DNA of 64,000 nt from an uncultured Gemmatimonadaceae bacterium (GTDB taxonomy: Bacteria > Gemmatimonadota > Gemmatimonadetes > Gemmatimonadales > Gemmatimonadaceae): NCBI GenBank assembly GCA_963817955.1, contig CAWFQK010000002.1, positions 384,001 to 448,000 on the forward strand. The letters run 5' to 3'. Within the stretch, counting starts at the first letter, position 1, and each line of letters begins with the position of its first letter. The notes beneath the pieces are model-generated. The model did no database searches. It saw only the letters and a list, made by a program, of their open reading frames with translations, and had not been told where the DNA came from. The translations under genes and the position numbers were made by a program. Positions 48,385 through 59,224 of the stretch are shown here, in pieces.

Positions 48385-49218
48385 GTGATTGAACCGCCGC
48401 CTCTCCTGCGTGCTGAACGAGTGCGCCATGGGCCGCGTACAAAGGAACGGTCAGTCGTGTCGCCGGCACCAACCCGTCGTCCCACCGTCGCAAGCCAGAA
48501 GCTTGCCGATCAGCTCCAGCCCATCGTGCGGGTGCATGCTGGCTTGCGCGGACGCGGCCTTGCCCGGGTTGATGTGGCCGATGCGAGATCTCGCATTCGT
48601 ACCGGCCGATGGGGTTTCGATGCGGCGGCATTGATCGACGGAGCGGCGAATCTCGATCCGGCATTTGAGCGCACCGCCGACGCGTTCGAGCGGACAGGCA
48701 TGGCCACCGTCCCACGCGTCGGTGCGCTGCATGACCAGGGAATCGATGTCCGCGCGCTCGTACTCGCGTGGTCGAACGGTGACTCCCTGCCGCGCAATCA
48801 GGCGTTGCGACTGGCCCGCGGCGTGGCAGCGGTGGTCGGCAACGCCGTCTTGTCGCGCGCGTCGGCGGACGTGACGAGGGGATTCGCGCTGGCGGCTTGG
48901 AAACGGCCCCACTGTCCCTGCTGCGGTGGCTCACCGGATCTAGCGCTCACCACGGCCACCCGACGCTCGCTCGTCTGCTGGCGATGCGATACGAAGTGGA
49001 GGACCGAGGCGCGCGGGTGTCTCGGCTGTGGCGCCGATGCCCCGCCAACCCTGGCCCGTGTGCCGTCACCGTTTCTCGGGTACGAGCTGACGATCTGTCA
49101 CTCGTGCGGGCGCTATCTCAAGGAACGTCGCGGCCCGCTGACGCACGACCTGCTCGTGGAACGCACGTTGACGGCCGGACTCGACGAAGCCGCACAGCAA
49201 CGAGGACTTCGCGCCTGA
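48385..49218 (+). CDS. FdhE-like protein with four CxxC motifs
   Basis: HCPCCGGSP, CWRC, CLGC, CHSCGRYLK, LDEAAQQRG. Confidence 0.75.
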   Translation: MIEPPPLLRAERVRHGPRTKERSVVSPAPTRRPTVASQKLADQLQPIVRVHAGLRGRGLARVDVADARSRIRTGRWGFDAAALIDGAANLDPAFERTADAFERTGMATVPRVGALHDQGIDVRALVLAWSNGDSLPRNQALRLARGVAAVVGNAVLSRASADVTRGFALAAWKRPHCPCCGGSPDLALTTATRRSLVCWRCDTKWRTEARGCLGCGADAPPTLARVPSPFLGYELTICHSCGRYLKERRGPLTHDLLVERTLTAGLDEAAQQRGLRA

Positions 49219-49805
49219 TCGGCGCCATCATTGCCGGCGGCGAGAGCACCCGCTTTGGCCGCGAGCCCAAGGGGCTGCACACAGTGGGCGGCGTTCGAAT
49301 CATCGATCGGGTCGCCCGTGCCGTCCGCGCGCACGTCCCTGACCTCCTGCTCGTGAGCAATGACCCGCGCGCACCAGACTGGTTGCCGGGGGTTCCCGTC
49401 GTGTGCGACGTCCGCGCCGAGCGCGGCAGCCTGGTGGGCATTCACACCGCACTCTCGCATGGACGGCAGAACGTGCTTGTCGTTGCCTGGGACATGCCGT
49501 TCATCAGCACGGAGATCGTTGCGTTGCTCGACCAACGCGCGCGCGCCAGCCGGTACGCCGTCGTTCCGGAAACGACGACCGGGCTCGAGCCGATGTGCGC
49601 CGTCTACTCCGTTCACTGCCTGCCGTTTCTCGAGGCAGCGATCGACGAGGGGGACCTGCGTATCACCAACTTTCTCGCTCGGCTGCCAAGCTATGATCGG
49701 ATCGAGCCCATCGAATTGGCGCGGATCGGCAATCCGGTTCGGATGTTCTTCAACGTCAACGACGCCAGTGACCTGGCCATCGCGAACCGGATGGCCGCCG
49801 GCTAG
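49215..49805 (+). CDS. mobA: Molybdenum cofactor guanylyltransferase
   Basis: IAGGESTRFG..K, AWDMPF, EPMCAVY, FFNVN; CTG start inferred. Confidence 0.85.
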   Translation: MIGAIIAGGESTRFGREPKGLHTVGGVRIIDRVARAVRAHVPDLLLVSNDPRAPDWLPGVPVVCDVRAERGSLVGIHTALSHGRQNVLVVAWDMPFISTEIVALLDQRARASRYAVVPETTTGLEPMCAVYSVHCLPFLEAAIDEGDLRITNFLARLPSYDRIEPIELARIGNPVRMFFNVNDASDLAIANRMAAG

Positions 49806-49883
49806 TTCTGCCTGGTGAGAATTTGAGCGCGAACAGGGCATGTCGCAGTATTCTTCACGCCGCACGCCTCTCACGGAGATTCC

Positions 49884-51386
49884 ATGTCCCGCGCTCGCGC
49901 GCTGTCGCTCACGTTCGCGCTCGCTACCGGATGGTCCTGTCGCGCCGCCACGAGCGCCATACCCCGCCCCGCCACGAGCGGCGCCGCCGCCGTCGCCATG
50001 CTCCGCACAGCCATCGATTCGATGACCGACGCGGCCGAATTCGCGAACGCACATTGGGGAATACTCGTCGTCGATCCGGAGCGGGGCGACACGCTCTACG
50101 CCCGCAACGCCGGCAAGCTCTTCATGCCGGCGTCGAACATGAAGATTCTCACGAGCGCCACGGCGCTCGCGCAGCTCGGTCCGAACTACCGTTACCACAC
50201 CGTCTTTGCGGCGCGCGGCTCGGTGACCGGTGGCACGCTGGCCGGCGACCTCCTGGTCTACGGCCGCGGCGATCCGTCGGTGAGCGACCATATGCTCCAC
50301 GACGCCATGCTCCCGCTACGCCTCATCGCTGACTCGCTCGCCGCGCGGGGCATCCGGCACATCACCGGACGCGTGATCCCGGCGGGCGACGCGTTTCCAG
50401 GCGAAGTATTCGGCTACGGCTGGACATACGACGATTTCGAGGATTCCTACTCGGCCCCCATCGACGAGCTGCTCTTCAACGAGGGCTTCAGCGAACTGCA
50501 CGTGCGTGGGGGTGAGCACCCCGGCGATCCCGTGCAGGTGGAGACGCGGCCGGCGCACACGGTGCCCGAGGTGCGCGTTGCCGCCACCACCGGACCTGCC
50601 GGAGTCGGAGCCAGCGGCAGCGCGCGTCGCGCCGGGAACACCCTGCGCGCGCGAAAGGACAGCACGACATGGCAGGTCGTCCTCGAGGGCCAGATCGCCC
50701 CGCGCGACTCTGCGACGATCGAGGTCACGCACCATGATCCGGACATCGCATACGTCGCGGCGGTACGCGAGGCATTGCGCGATCGTGGCATTCGCGTGGA
50801 TGAAGCCGCCACCGACACGCTGTCGCGCGTCGACACACTCGCGACGCTTTCGTCGCCCCCACTGCGCGACATTCTCAAGGCACTCCTCAAACCGTCGCAG
50901 AACCAGATCGCCGAAATGCTGTTCCGCACCGTTGCGCTGCAAGCCACGGGCACCGGCAACACGGACAGCGCGCAGGCCGTGGTGGAACGACAGATCGCGC
51001 AATGGGGCGTCGTTCCGTCTGAAGCCGTGGTCCGTGACGGCAGCGGCTTGTCACGCTACGATTACATCTCCCCGCGCACCGCCGTGCGCATTCTCGACGC
51101 CATGCGCCGCTTGCCGGCCTTCGACGTCTACTATGACGCGCTGCCGATCGCCGGCGTCGACGGCACGATCCGCAGTCGCATGCAAGGCACGCCGGCAGAA
51201 GGCAATGTGCACGCAAAGACCGGCACTGTCGCCATGTCACGCTCCCTCTCGGGATACGTCACGACCGCCGACCACCACATGCTCATCTTCAGCTTTCTCT
51301 GCAACAATTACACGGTGCCCACTCGCGCCGTCGAGCGCGTGCAGGACGCCATCTCCGTGCGTCTGGCCTCCATGCAACTCCGCTAG
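49884..51386 (+). CDS. dacB: D-alanyl-D-alanine carboxypeptidase/endopeptidase (PBP4, S13)
   Basis: PASNMK, GDPS, SQN, DGSGLSR, KTG. Confidence 0.95.
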   Translation: MSRARALSLTFALATGWSCRAATSAIPRPATSGAAAVAMLRTAIDSMTDAAEFANAHWGILVVDPERGDTLYARNAGKLFMPASNMKILTSATALAQLGPNYRYHTVFAARGSVTGGTLAGDLLVYGRGDPSVSDHMLHDAMLPLRLIADSLAARGIRHITGRVIPAGDAFPGEVFGYGWTYDDFEDSYSAPIDELLFNEGFSELHVRGGEHPGDPVQVETRPAHTVPEVRVAATTGPAGVGASGSARRAGNTLRARKDSTTWQVVLEGQIAPRDSATIEVTHHDPDIAYVAAVREALRDRGIRVDEAATDTLSRVDTLATLSSPPLRDILKALLKPSQNQIAEMLFRTVALQATGTGNTDSAQAVVERQIAQWGVVPSEAVVRDGSGLSRYDYISPRTAVRILDAMRRLPAFDVYYDALPIAGVDGTIRSRMQGTPAEGNVHAKTGTVAMSRSLSGYVTTADHHMLIFSFLCNNYTVPTRAVERVQDAISVRLASMQLR

Positions 51387-51393
51387 GATACTC

Positions 51394-52644
51394 ATGACGT
51401 ACAGCGTTCAGGAAGCGAGCGAACGGATTCTCTCCGGCGTCAAACCGCTGGGCGTCGAACGTTCGCCGCTCCGCGACGCCCTGGGGCGGGTGGTCGCCGA
51501 GGACGTCCGATCGCCCATCGAACACCCCCCGTGGAACAACTCGTCGATGGACGGATACGCCGTGCGCGGCGCCGAGGTCGCGCGAGCACGCTCGGGTGAG
51601 CCTGTGGTGCTGCGCGTACTCGAGACCGTCCGCGCCGGACAACGTCCGACTCAGGCGCTCGCGCCCAACACAGCCATTCGAGTGATGACCGGCGCGCCAG
51701 TTCCAGTGGGCGCCGATAGCGTGATCCGCGTGGAAGACACGGACGGCGGCACCGAGCGCGTTGCGATCCACGATGCGCGCGACGTGGATCGCAATATTCG
51801 TCCGCGGGGCGAGGATCTGCACGTGGGCAGCATCGTGGTGGAATGCGGCACCGTCATTCGTCCGCCGCAGCTCGGGGTCCTGGCCTCGGTGGGCTGCGCG
51901 TTCGTGCCGGTGTATAGGCGTCCGCGCGTCGCCGTGCTCGCGTCGGGCGACGAGCTCGTGGATGTCGATCAGTTCGACGCAGTTCGCCGCGGCGACCGGA
52001 TCGTGTCGTCGAACAGCTACACGATCGCCGCATCGGTTCGCGAAGCAGGAGCCGACGTCGTCGACCTCGGCATCGTGCCTGACGACCCCGGTGCCTATGA
52101 AGAACGTATTGCACGCGCCGAGGGCTGCGATCTGCTGATCACCTCGGGCGGCGTGTCGGTGGGTGCATTCGACTTCACAAAAGACGTCCTCCGGTCGCTG
52201 GGCGCATCGTTGGATCTCTGGCGTGTACGCATGCGCCCCGGCGCACCACTCGGATTCGGCATGTTGGGTCACATGCCGTGGCTCGGACTGCCCGGCAACC
52301 CGGTGTCGTCCATGGTGACGTTCGAGCTGTTCGCACGCCCGCTCATTCGCCGGCAATCGGGCGAGACACAGGTCTTTCGTCGCACGATCGAAGTTCAGGC
52401 GCGCGAAGACATCGCGATCGTCGCGCCACTGACACACTTTCTGCGCGGCGTGCTGGATTGGGCTGACGACGGCATATGGGCGTCACTCACCGGGCCGCAG
52501 GGATCGGGCCTGCTGACATCGATGTCGCGCGCCACGGCATTGCTGATCGTTCCGCCGGAGCGCCCGCTCGTTCACGCCGGTGAGCGATTGCGCGCCATGT
52601 TGCTCGGCGAACGCGCGCTGTCATCGGCGTCGCTCGAAGCGTGA
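51394..52644 (+). CDS. moeA: Molybdopterin molybdotransferase
   Basis: SMDGYA, MTGAP, SGDE, TSGGVSVG, LPGNPVS. Confidence 0.96.
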   Translation: MTYSVQEASERILSGVKPLGVERSPLRDALGRVVAEDVRSPIEHPPWNNSSMDGYAVRGAEVARARSGEPVVLRVLETVRAGQRPTQALAPNTAIRVMTGAPVPVGADSVIRVEDTDGGTERVAIHDARDVDRNIRPRGEDLHVGSIVVECGTVIRPPQLGVLASVGCAFVPVYRRPRVAVLASGDELVDVDQFDAVRRGDRIVSSNSYTIAASVREAGADVVDLGIVPDDPGAYEERIARAEGCDLLITSGGVSVGAFDFTKDVLRSLGASLDLWRVRMRPGAPLGFGMLGHMPWLGLPGNPVSSMVTFELFARPLIRRQSGETQVFRRTIEVQAREDIAIVAPLTHFLRGVLDWADDGIWASLTGPQGSGLLTSMSRATALLIVPPERPLVHAGERLRAMLLGERALSSASLEA

Positions 52645-53342
52645 CCGGCCAGCAGAAGGCGGCCGCGCTCGAAATCTCTCTCCGTCGGCGCTTTCGCGTC
52701 GTGGAAACCGGGGTGAAGGTCGCGGGACGCGTCATTACCGTTCTGCATCCACAGAGCGCCGAAGACCTGATCGACGAGCGCGAGTTCGAGCAGGATGAGC
52801 GTTTACCATACTGGGCCGAGCTGTGGCCGTCGTCACGCGTGCTGGCCGAGCGCGTGCTGTCGATGGAGGGCGCAGGCCGAACGCTGCTCGAGCTGGGCTG
52901 TGGAACGGGCCTCGTCACGTCGTGCGCCGCTCTCGCGGGCTTCGAGGTCACCGCATCCGATTACTACGAGGACGCGGTGCGCTTCGCACGCGTGAACGCC
53001 GTCCGCAACGGAGCGGCCGAGCCGCGTGGCCTGCTGCTCGACTGGCGCAAGTTACCGCCGCGTCCCCCGAAGTTTGACGTCGTAGTCGCCTCGGACGTGC
53101 TCTACGAGCGACCGTACGGAGCGCTGGTGGCGGCGACCATCGGGGCCATGTTGGCAGATGGCGGGTGCGCCGTCGTGGCCGACCCCGGGCGTGTGGCGCG
53201 TGACGAATTCTTGCGTGCCCTGCCCGGGCACGATCTGGAAGCCGTGGGCCGCACCGATGTGGTGTTCCGTGAAGAGAAGATCCGGCAGACGATCGCGCTG
53301 TTCGTTATTGGGAGAAATACGGCGGCCCGATCCAATCAGTGA
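52641..53342 (+). CDS. Class I SAM-dependent methyltransferase (Methyltransf_16-like)
   Basis: PYWAELWPS, LELGCGTG, LDW, ASDVLYE, ADPGR. Confidence 0.88.
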   Translation: MTGQQKAAALEISLRRRFRVVETGVKVAGRVITVLHPQSAEDLIDEREFEQDERLPYWAELWPSSRVLAERVLSMEGAGRTLLELGCGTGLVTSCAALAGFEVTASDYYEDAVRFARVNAVRNGAAEPRGLLLDWRKLPPRPPKFDVVVASDVLYERPYGALVAATIGAMLADGGCAVVADPGRVARDEFLRALPGHDLEAVGRTDVVFREEKIRQTIALFVIGRNTAARSNQ

Positions 53343-53517
53343 GGCAGGCCGCCCGCTTCCCAGCGAGAGTGCACATTTGTGATCCTCCACAGCAGATCTG
53401 GCTGTGTTCGCTATTGCGGGTGGCCGCGCGAAAGGCTAGGGTATCTCCGGTTCCCTGCCATGGCGCGCGCGCCATGGCAGAGCTGAGTTGTTTGACCTGA
53501 TCGCGGTGGAGGTTCCG

Positions 53518-55179
53518 GTGGGATCGCTGGTACGTCGTTCCTGGTTCGAACCCAAACAGGCTGTACGAACGCTCAGTTTCATTGGCGCGCTCGTCGCCGG
53601 CGTTACGTGCAGCGATCAGCCGCTCGTGGCCCCCAAGCATATCGTCGCGCCGGGCCACGCTGCCTTCGCGATGGCCCCGGCGTTCTCCGTGCTTCCGGCG
53701 GGCGGTCCAACGATCATCCTGTCCAAGGTCAGAGCGCTCCTCATCAGCGCCCAGAACGACACGCTCGCCGTTGAAGCCAACTTCCAGGGCGATAGCGCCA
53801 TCCTGCTGTTCGACGTTCAGTTCACCGGGAATTCAGCTGACTATACGCTCGACCTCTCGGCGTTCGACAGTCAGGACGTTCTCGCATATCACTACTCCGA
53901 GTCCATCACGCTGAAGCCGGGCGACAACCCGTCGATCCCGACACCAGTACTGGAGCCAGCCGGCCCGTACGCGGCGATCAAAACAGTGAAGGTGAGCCCA
54001 ACCTCTCTGCAGTTGAACGCGGGGGCAACGTCGAACCTGAGCGTCACAGGCGCGGACGCGAGCGGTCATCCGGTCACGCCCGTCGTAGTCGGATGGACCT
54101 CGCGAGACAGTACGGTCGCTACGGTGGACCAGAACGGCCTCGTCCGCGCGGGAGCATTCCAGGGCTCGACGTTCATCGTCGCCCGGACGGTCACGTCGAT
54201 CACCGATTCGATACAGGTCAAGGTGAAGGCGCCAGTGGCCAAGGTGCTCGTCGCTCCAGCGAGCCTGCAGATCATTCGTGGGCAAAGCGCCGCCGTGGGC
54301 GCCGAACTGCGCGACGCGGGCAATCATCTGATCGATGACCGCACGGCAACATGGAACTCGTCGGACACGAGCATCGCCACTGTCTCGGCGGCAGGCGTCA
54401 TTCAAGGAATCAAAGTGGGCGCCGCGACCATCACGGCGACCGCCGAAGGACAGACGGGCACAGCAGCAGCGACGGTGGTATCGCCGATCGATCACGTCGA
54501 GATCATGCCGACGTCACTCAACCTGACGACACTCACTCCGACGGCTTATGTAACGACGAAGATCGTGCCGCGCACGGGTGGGGTAGTCGATGGCATCGCG
54601 GTGAGCCTCTCGTCGAACAACCCGGCAGTTGCGACGGTCGATGCCAATGGCCTCGTCACGGCAATCGCCAATGGAAACGCGGTCATCACGGCGACGGCCG
54701 AGACCTTCAATGCCACATCGGCCGTGACCGTGAACCTGGCGGGCACCCTGTTGGCGCTCAACGTTTGGTCGGCCGAGAAATTGCCGGGCGGCACACAGCA
54801 GTTCAACGTCGTTTCGGGCGGCAGCGGACCATTTACCTGGACCGTGAACAACGTTGCCGGTGGCAATGTCACGTTCGGGAGTATCACGACCTCGGGCTTC
54901 TACACCGCGCCAACGTCGGTGCCCTCGCCGGCAACATTCGATGTATGCGCAGTGCAGGCCAACCCGGCGGAGAAGGGTTGCGCCCATGTCACGATCAATC
55001 CGGTGCCGACGTCAGGGGCGGATGTGATCGTCTTCAACGACATCAATACGTTCGACGACGGCGGGGCTTACGATCCGAACAATCAACTGATGTATCGCAA
55101 TCTGGTGAATTTCACGGGCACCGGACCGCGAGTCACGAAGACCGGCGTGATGATGTATTCGGGTCACCAAGCTCGATGA
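53518..55179 (+). CDS. Lipoprotein with bacterial Ig-like (Big_2) repeats, N-terminal part
   Basis: GGAGG then GTG 53518; lipobox-like AGVTC; repeats WTSRDSTVATVDQNG, WNSSDTSIATVS, SSNNPAVATVDANG. Confidence 0.85.
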   Translation: MGSLVRRSWFEPKQAVRTLSFIGALVAGVTCSDQPLVAPKHIVAPGHAAFAMAPAFSVLPAGGPTIILSKVRALLISAQNDTLAVEANFQGDSAILLFDVQFTGNSADYTLDLSAFDSQDVLAYHYSESITLKPGDNPSIPTPVLEPAGPYAAIKTVKVSPTSLQLNAGATSNLSVTGADASGHPVTPVVVGWTSRDSTVATVDQNGLVRAGAFQGSTFIVARTVTSITDSIQVKVKAPVAKVLVAPASLQIIRGQSAAVGAELRDAGNHLIDDRTATWNSSDTSIATVSAAGVIQGIKVGAATITATAEGQTGTAAATVVSPIDHVEIMPTSLNLTTLTPTAYVTTKIVPRTGGVVDGIAVSLSSNNPAVATVDANGLVTAIANGNAVITATAETFNATSAVTVNLAGTLLALNVWSAEKLPGGTQQFNVVSGGSGPFTWTVNNVAGGNVTFGSITTSGFYTAPTSVPSPATFDVCAVQANPAEKGCAHVTINPVPTSGADVIVFNDINTFDDGGAYDPNNQLMYRNLVNFTGTGPRVTKTGVMMYSGHQAR

Positions 55180-55796
55180 ACCCAGTTGGCCTGACGTCCT
55201 TTCGTTCGGTGATCACGAATGCGGGGTTCACCATCGACGACGTCATCACCGACCTCACCGCCGCGATCGACCCGAAATACAAAGCCGTCTTCCTTCTCCT
55301 ACCGAGCGTTCCGTTCACGGTCGCCGAGATCAACAACCTCAAGGCATTTTCCGCCGACGGGGGACGAATCGTTTTCATTGGGGAGCATGAGGGGTTTTAC
55401 CTTGCGGCCGGCATCTCAACCGAGAATACGTTCTTTCAGAACATGGGTGCGCAGATGACCAATAGCGGCGGCGCGTTTGACTGCGGCACCTACATTGCCG
55501 AGCCGGCAAGCAGGTTGCGCCCGCATCAGGTCACCACCGGCTTGACGCAACTGACGATCGCATGTGCGTCTGAGGTGATTCCCGGACCGAACGATTACCC
55601 GTTCTTGTACAGCCTGGACGGACTTCACGTGCTAGCGGCGGCGGCGAAGGTCGACGTATCGCCGCTGACCGCCGCGAACAGCTTGTTGCGCCCGGCACAG
55701 CGTAGCACAAACAAGATCCCGGCCACCGGGTCCAGCACTGGCACCGTGATCAGTCGGTATCCGACTGACACACAGGGGCGGCCGATCAAGCCGTAG
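55176..55796 (+). CDS. Probable C-terminal part of the Ig-like protein (DUF4350/GATase1-like domain), separated by a frameshift
   Basis: FLLLP...EINNLKAF..GGRIVFIGE; ATGA overlap; no signal peptide. Confidence 0.6.
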   Translation: MNPVGLTSFRSVITNAGFTIDDVITDLTAAIDPKYKAVFLLLPSVPFTVAEINNLKAFSADGGRIVFIGEHEGFYLAAGISTENTFFQNMGAQMTNSGGAFDCGTYIAEPASRLRPHQVTTGLTQLTIACASEVIPGPNDYPFLYSLDGLHVLAAAAKVDVSPLTAANSLLRPAQRSTNKIPATGSSTGTVISRYPTDTQGRPIKP

Positions 55797-55818
55797 GAGA
55801 CACGAGACACCGAAGGCC

Positions 55819-55847
55819 TGTCATCCTGAGTGAAGCGCGAAGGATCT
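55819..55847 (+). repeat. REP-like repeat
   Basis: TGTCATCCTGAGTGAAGCGCGAAGGATCT; inverted near-copy at 59225-59252. Confidence 0.8.
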
Positions 55848-55860
55848 CGGAGACCGGCAG

Positions 55861-56120
55861 AACAGCTTTTGAACACAGAGGCCGCAGAGAACTGCAAGAG
55901 AACTGCAGAGGAACACCGAGTAGATCTTATCCGGATGTCTTGGCTGATGCGGTCGTGACGCTCGGAGTCGCGCAGCTGAGAGATAGGATCATCTGAGAGA
56001 CCGAATCATCTGAGCGATGGGATCATCCGACAGGTGGATCACCTCTAGCGTTCCACCTGCACGTGCTTCTCTCTGCAGTTCTCCTGCAGTTCTCTGCGAC
56101 CTCTGCGTTCAATAGCTGTT
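55861..56120. repeat. 260-bp MITE-like element with 50-bp terminal inverted repeats and three internal 17-bp repeats
   Basis: Arms 55861-55910 and 56071-56120 match 46/50; CTGAG...ATCAT x3 at 55976-56026. Confidence 0.85.
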
Positions 56121-56166
56121 GGGCCGCTCTGCGTTGACAAAGACAACTGGACACGGGACGGTCCAA

Positions 56167-58230
56167 CTACGTCCGCAACTGCCCTGCCACGACTTCCGCG
56201 ATGTCCAGCACCGGCACGTCCGAATCCTTGGCCTTCAACCCATCGGCGATCATCGTCATGCAGAACGGACAGGCCACGGCGATTGTCTCTGCGCCCGTCG
56301 CCAGCAGTTCCTCGGTGCGTTCGACGTTGATGCGTTTCCCCTCCCGCTCCTCCATGAACATGCGCCCGCCGCCGGCACCGCAGCACAGGCCGCGGTCCTT
56401 CGTCCGCGGCGGCTCGACGAGGGCCACGATCGGGAGCGCGCGCCTGAGCGTCTCGCGTGGGGCGTCGTAGACGTCGTTGTACCGGCCGAGATAGCAGGAG
56501 TCGTGATACGCAACCGTCAGCTGCTTGCCCTCGGCGGTCTGCAGCGGAACACGGTCTTCCTGGAGCAGCCGCTCGATGTAACTCGAGTGGTGAATGACCT
56601 CGTAGTTGCCTCCCAGCTGTGGGAATTCATTCCCGAGTTGATGGAAGCAATGCGGGCAGATCGTGACGATCGTCTTCACGTCGTACTTGTCGAGCGTACT
56701 GATCGTGTCAGTGGCGAGCGTCTGATACAGGTACTCATTGCCCATGCGGCGGGCCGGATCACCGTGGCAATGCTCTTCCTGGCCCAGGATGGCAAAGTTG
56801 ATGTCGCATGCTTTGAGAATGCGAGCGAAGGCAACGCTGATCTTCTTCGCGCGGTCGTCGAACGACCCCATGCAGCCAACCCAGAACAGAATGTCTGGGT
56901 GTTCACCGCGCTCCATGAGCTCGGCCATGGTATTGATCTCGAGACCATCTGCCCACTGCGCGCGATCGGCCGGATTGAACGCCCATGGCGAACCGTTGCG
57001 CTCCAGCGATTCGAACGCCGGCTGCACTTCCTCGGGAAAGCGCGACTCGGTCAGCACCAGATAGCGGCGCATCTGGTTGATGATGTCGAGCTGGTCGATC
57101 GAAACCGGGCATTCCTGCACGCACGCGCGGCAGCTCGTACACTGCCAGAGCTCTTCCTCGCTGATGTATGTGCCGAGGAGGGCATGGTCCATGACCTGCG
57201 TCCCCGCGAGCGCTCCAGCATCCAGGCCGTGTGGCAGCGCCGGACGCCTGAAGTCCATCCGCTCGCCGGTAACGACAGGGGCTTTCTCCATCAGCCGCTG
57301 ACGCGTGTTGATGACGATCTTTCGTGGACTGAGAATCTTCCCGGTGATGTTCGCCGGACATGCCGCCGTGCAGCGGCCGCATTCGGTGCACGAGTAGCCG
57401 TCGAGCAAATTCTTCCACGATAAATGCTCCACGTCGGATGCGCCGAACTGCTCGACGTCGGCCTCCAGGTCCATGGGCCGCATCAGGCCCTTCTGCCCCG
57501 GCCCGTCGGTGTTGGACAGGAAGACGTTGATCAGCGACGTGACAACGTGCAGGTGCTTGGAGTACGGCAGGTAATTCAGAAAGACAAGGATGAGCAGCGC
57601 ATGCGACCACCAGAAGACCTGGGCGATGGGCGCAGGGTGCGCAGCAAACGGCGCGACCATCGCCGCGACGGCGCGGGAAACGATCTTCTCTGGGCCGACC
57701 GTGCTCGGATCCACGTTGTACTGAAAGGCGTTCGTCAGCAACAGCGTGACCATCAGTCCGCCGATCATCCCGAGAATGATCAGGGCGTCGGCGTGCTCGA
57801 GATTGTCGCCGTCGAGCCGGCGCGGGTGCAATACCAGCCGACGGTAGAATGCATAGACGATGGCGCCGAGGACGAACAGGGCGAACACGTCCTGCGACAA
57901 AGAGTAGAACTGGTATACCGGCCGCGGCAGGATCAATGCGTATGAGAATCCGCGAAACACACCCTGGATGAGCAGTTCCACGGTGCCTACTGTCAGCACC
58001 ATGAACCCCCAGAAGATCAGGGCGTGCATGGTGCCGGCGACGGGATCGCGAAAGATCTTTCTCTGCGCGATAGCGATCGTCAACAGATTCTTCAACCGCA
58101 CCAACGGATGATCCGTGCGGTTTTCGGCGTAGCCGAGCCGCATGTACGCCACCAGACGCTGCACGTTGAGCGCAAAGAAACCTGCGCCCAGCACCAGCAC
58201 GAAGGCGAACACCGCGTTGGAGGCCGTCAT
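56167..58230 (-). CDS. Membrane Fe-S oxidoreductase (FadF/HdrD/GlpC-like, CCG domains)
   Basis: N-terminal TM region, [43 protein letters not shown]. Confidence 0.93.
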   Translation of the reverse strand: MTASNAVFAFVLVLGAGFFALNVQRLVAYMRLGYAENRTDHPLVRLKNLLTIAIAQRKIFRDPVAGTMHALIFWGFMVLTVGTVELLIQGVFRGFSYALILPRPVYQFYSLSQDVFALFVLGAIVYAFYRRLVLHPRRLDGDNLEHADALIILGMIGGLMVTLLLTNAFQYNVDPSTVGPEKIVSRAVAAMVAPFAAHPAPIAQVFWWSHALLILVFLNYLPYSKHLHVVTSLINVFLSNTDGPGQKGLMRPMDLEADVEQFGASDVEHLSWKNLLDGYSCTECGRCTAACPANITGKILSPRKIVINTRQRLMEKAPVVTGERMDFRRPALPHGLDAGALAGTQVMDHALLGTYISEEELWQCTSCRACVQECPVSIDQLDIINQMRRYLVLTESRFPEEVQPAFESLERNGSPWAFNPADRAQWADGLEINTMAELMERGEHPDILFWVGCMGSFDDRAKKISVAFARILKACDINFAILGQEEHCHGDPARRMGNEYLYQTLATDTISTLDKYDVKTIVTICPHCFHQLGNEFPQLGGNYEVIHHSSYIERLLQEDRVPLQTAEGKQLTVAYHDSCYLGRYNDVYDAPRETLRRALPIVALVEPPRTKDRGLCCGAGGGRMFMEEREGKRINVERTEELLATGAETIAVACPFCMTMIADGLKAKDSDVPVLDIAEVVAGQLRT

Positions 58231-59219
58231 CAGTGCTCTACTTTTGCCTCGTGCACGGCTTTGGTGAGCGCTGGCACTACTTCGAGCGCGTCGCCGACAA
58301 TGCCATAGTCCGCGACTTTGAAGATCGGCGCTTCCTTGTCCTTGTTGATCGCGACAATCGTCTTCGAGGTGCGCATACCGGCTAGATGCTGAATGGCGCC
58401 CGAGATGCCGACGGCAACGTAGAGCTGCGGGCTGACCTGTCGCCCGGTCTGGCCAATCTGATCGCTGTGCGGACGCCAGCCGTCATCGGTGACGGCACGC
58501 GTGGCGCCAACAGCGGCGTTGCCGAACGCAGCGGCGAGCGCTTCCACCAAGCTGAAGTTCTCCGCCGCCCGCAATCCGCGGCCGCCCGCTATGATCACCG
58601 GTGCTTCGCCGAGGTCGATCTTCCCCTTTCCGCCTTCCACCATCTCCTTCACCACTACGCACGACGCCGCCGGCTCGGCCGCGAGCGCCATCGCTTCCAC
58701 ACGATGTGCGACGGGCGATGGGACTGCCGTGAACGCGTTGGGTCGCAGGGTGAGTACGGCGAGCGGTCCCTTCACCTCGAGCGTCGCGATGATCTTGTTT
58801 GCATACGCGGGATGCTTGACGATGAGTGAGTCACCAGCCGCCCGGATCTCGGTGATGTCGGCGGCGATAGGCGCATCGAGCTTGACGGCAACGCGCGGAC
58901 CGATGTCGCGCCCCTGCGCCGAGAAGCCGAGGACGACGGCGCGATAGCTGCCCGCCTTGGCGCGGGCCGCGATGGTCGCCGCCACGACTTCGCGATCAAA
59001 GGTGGCGAGACCGGGGTGCTCGGCGACGACGACAACATTGGCGCCATGCTGCCCGAGCGCGTCGGCGACTGAGCCGATCCCGGGAGGGCCAGCGACGAGC
59101 GCATGCACTTCGCCGCCACCGGTGGCGTCGGCAAGCGCGCGCGCCGCGGTCACTGCTTCGAGCGCAACTTTCCGGAGCGCGTTGCCGCGCGTCTCGGCGA
59201 ATACGAGAATATTGGACAT
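58230..59219 (-). CDS. etfA: Electron transfer flavoprotein alpha subunit
   Basis: [32 protein letters not shown]. Confidence 0.97.
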   Translation of the reverse strand: MSNILVFAETRGNALRKVALEAVTAARALADATGGGEVHALVAGPPGIGSVADALGQHGANVVVVAEHPGLATFDREVVAATIAARAKAGSYRAVVLGFSAQGRDIGPRVAVKLDAPIAADITEIRAAGDSLIVKHPAYANKIIATLEVKGPLAVLTLRPNAFTAVPSPVAHRVEAMALAAEPAASCVVVKEMVEGGKGKIDLGEAPVIIAGGRGLRAAENFSLVEALAAAFGNAAVGATRAVTDDGWRPHSDQIGQTGRQVSPQLYVAVGISGAIQHLAGMRTSKTIVAINKDKEAPIFKVADYGIVGDALEVVPALTKAVHEAKVEH

Positions 59220-59224
59220 TCGAA

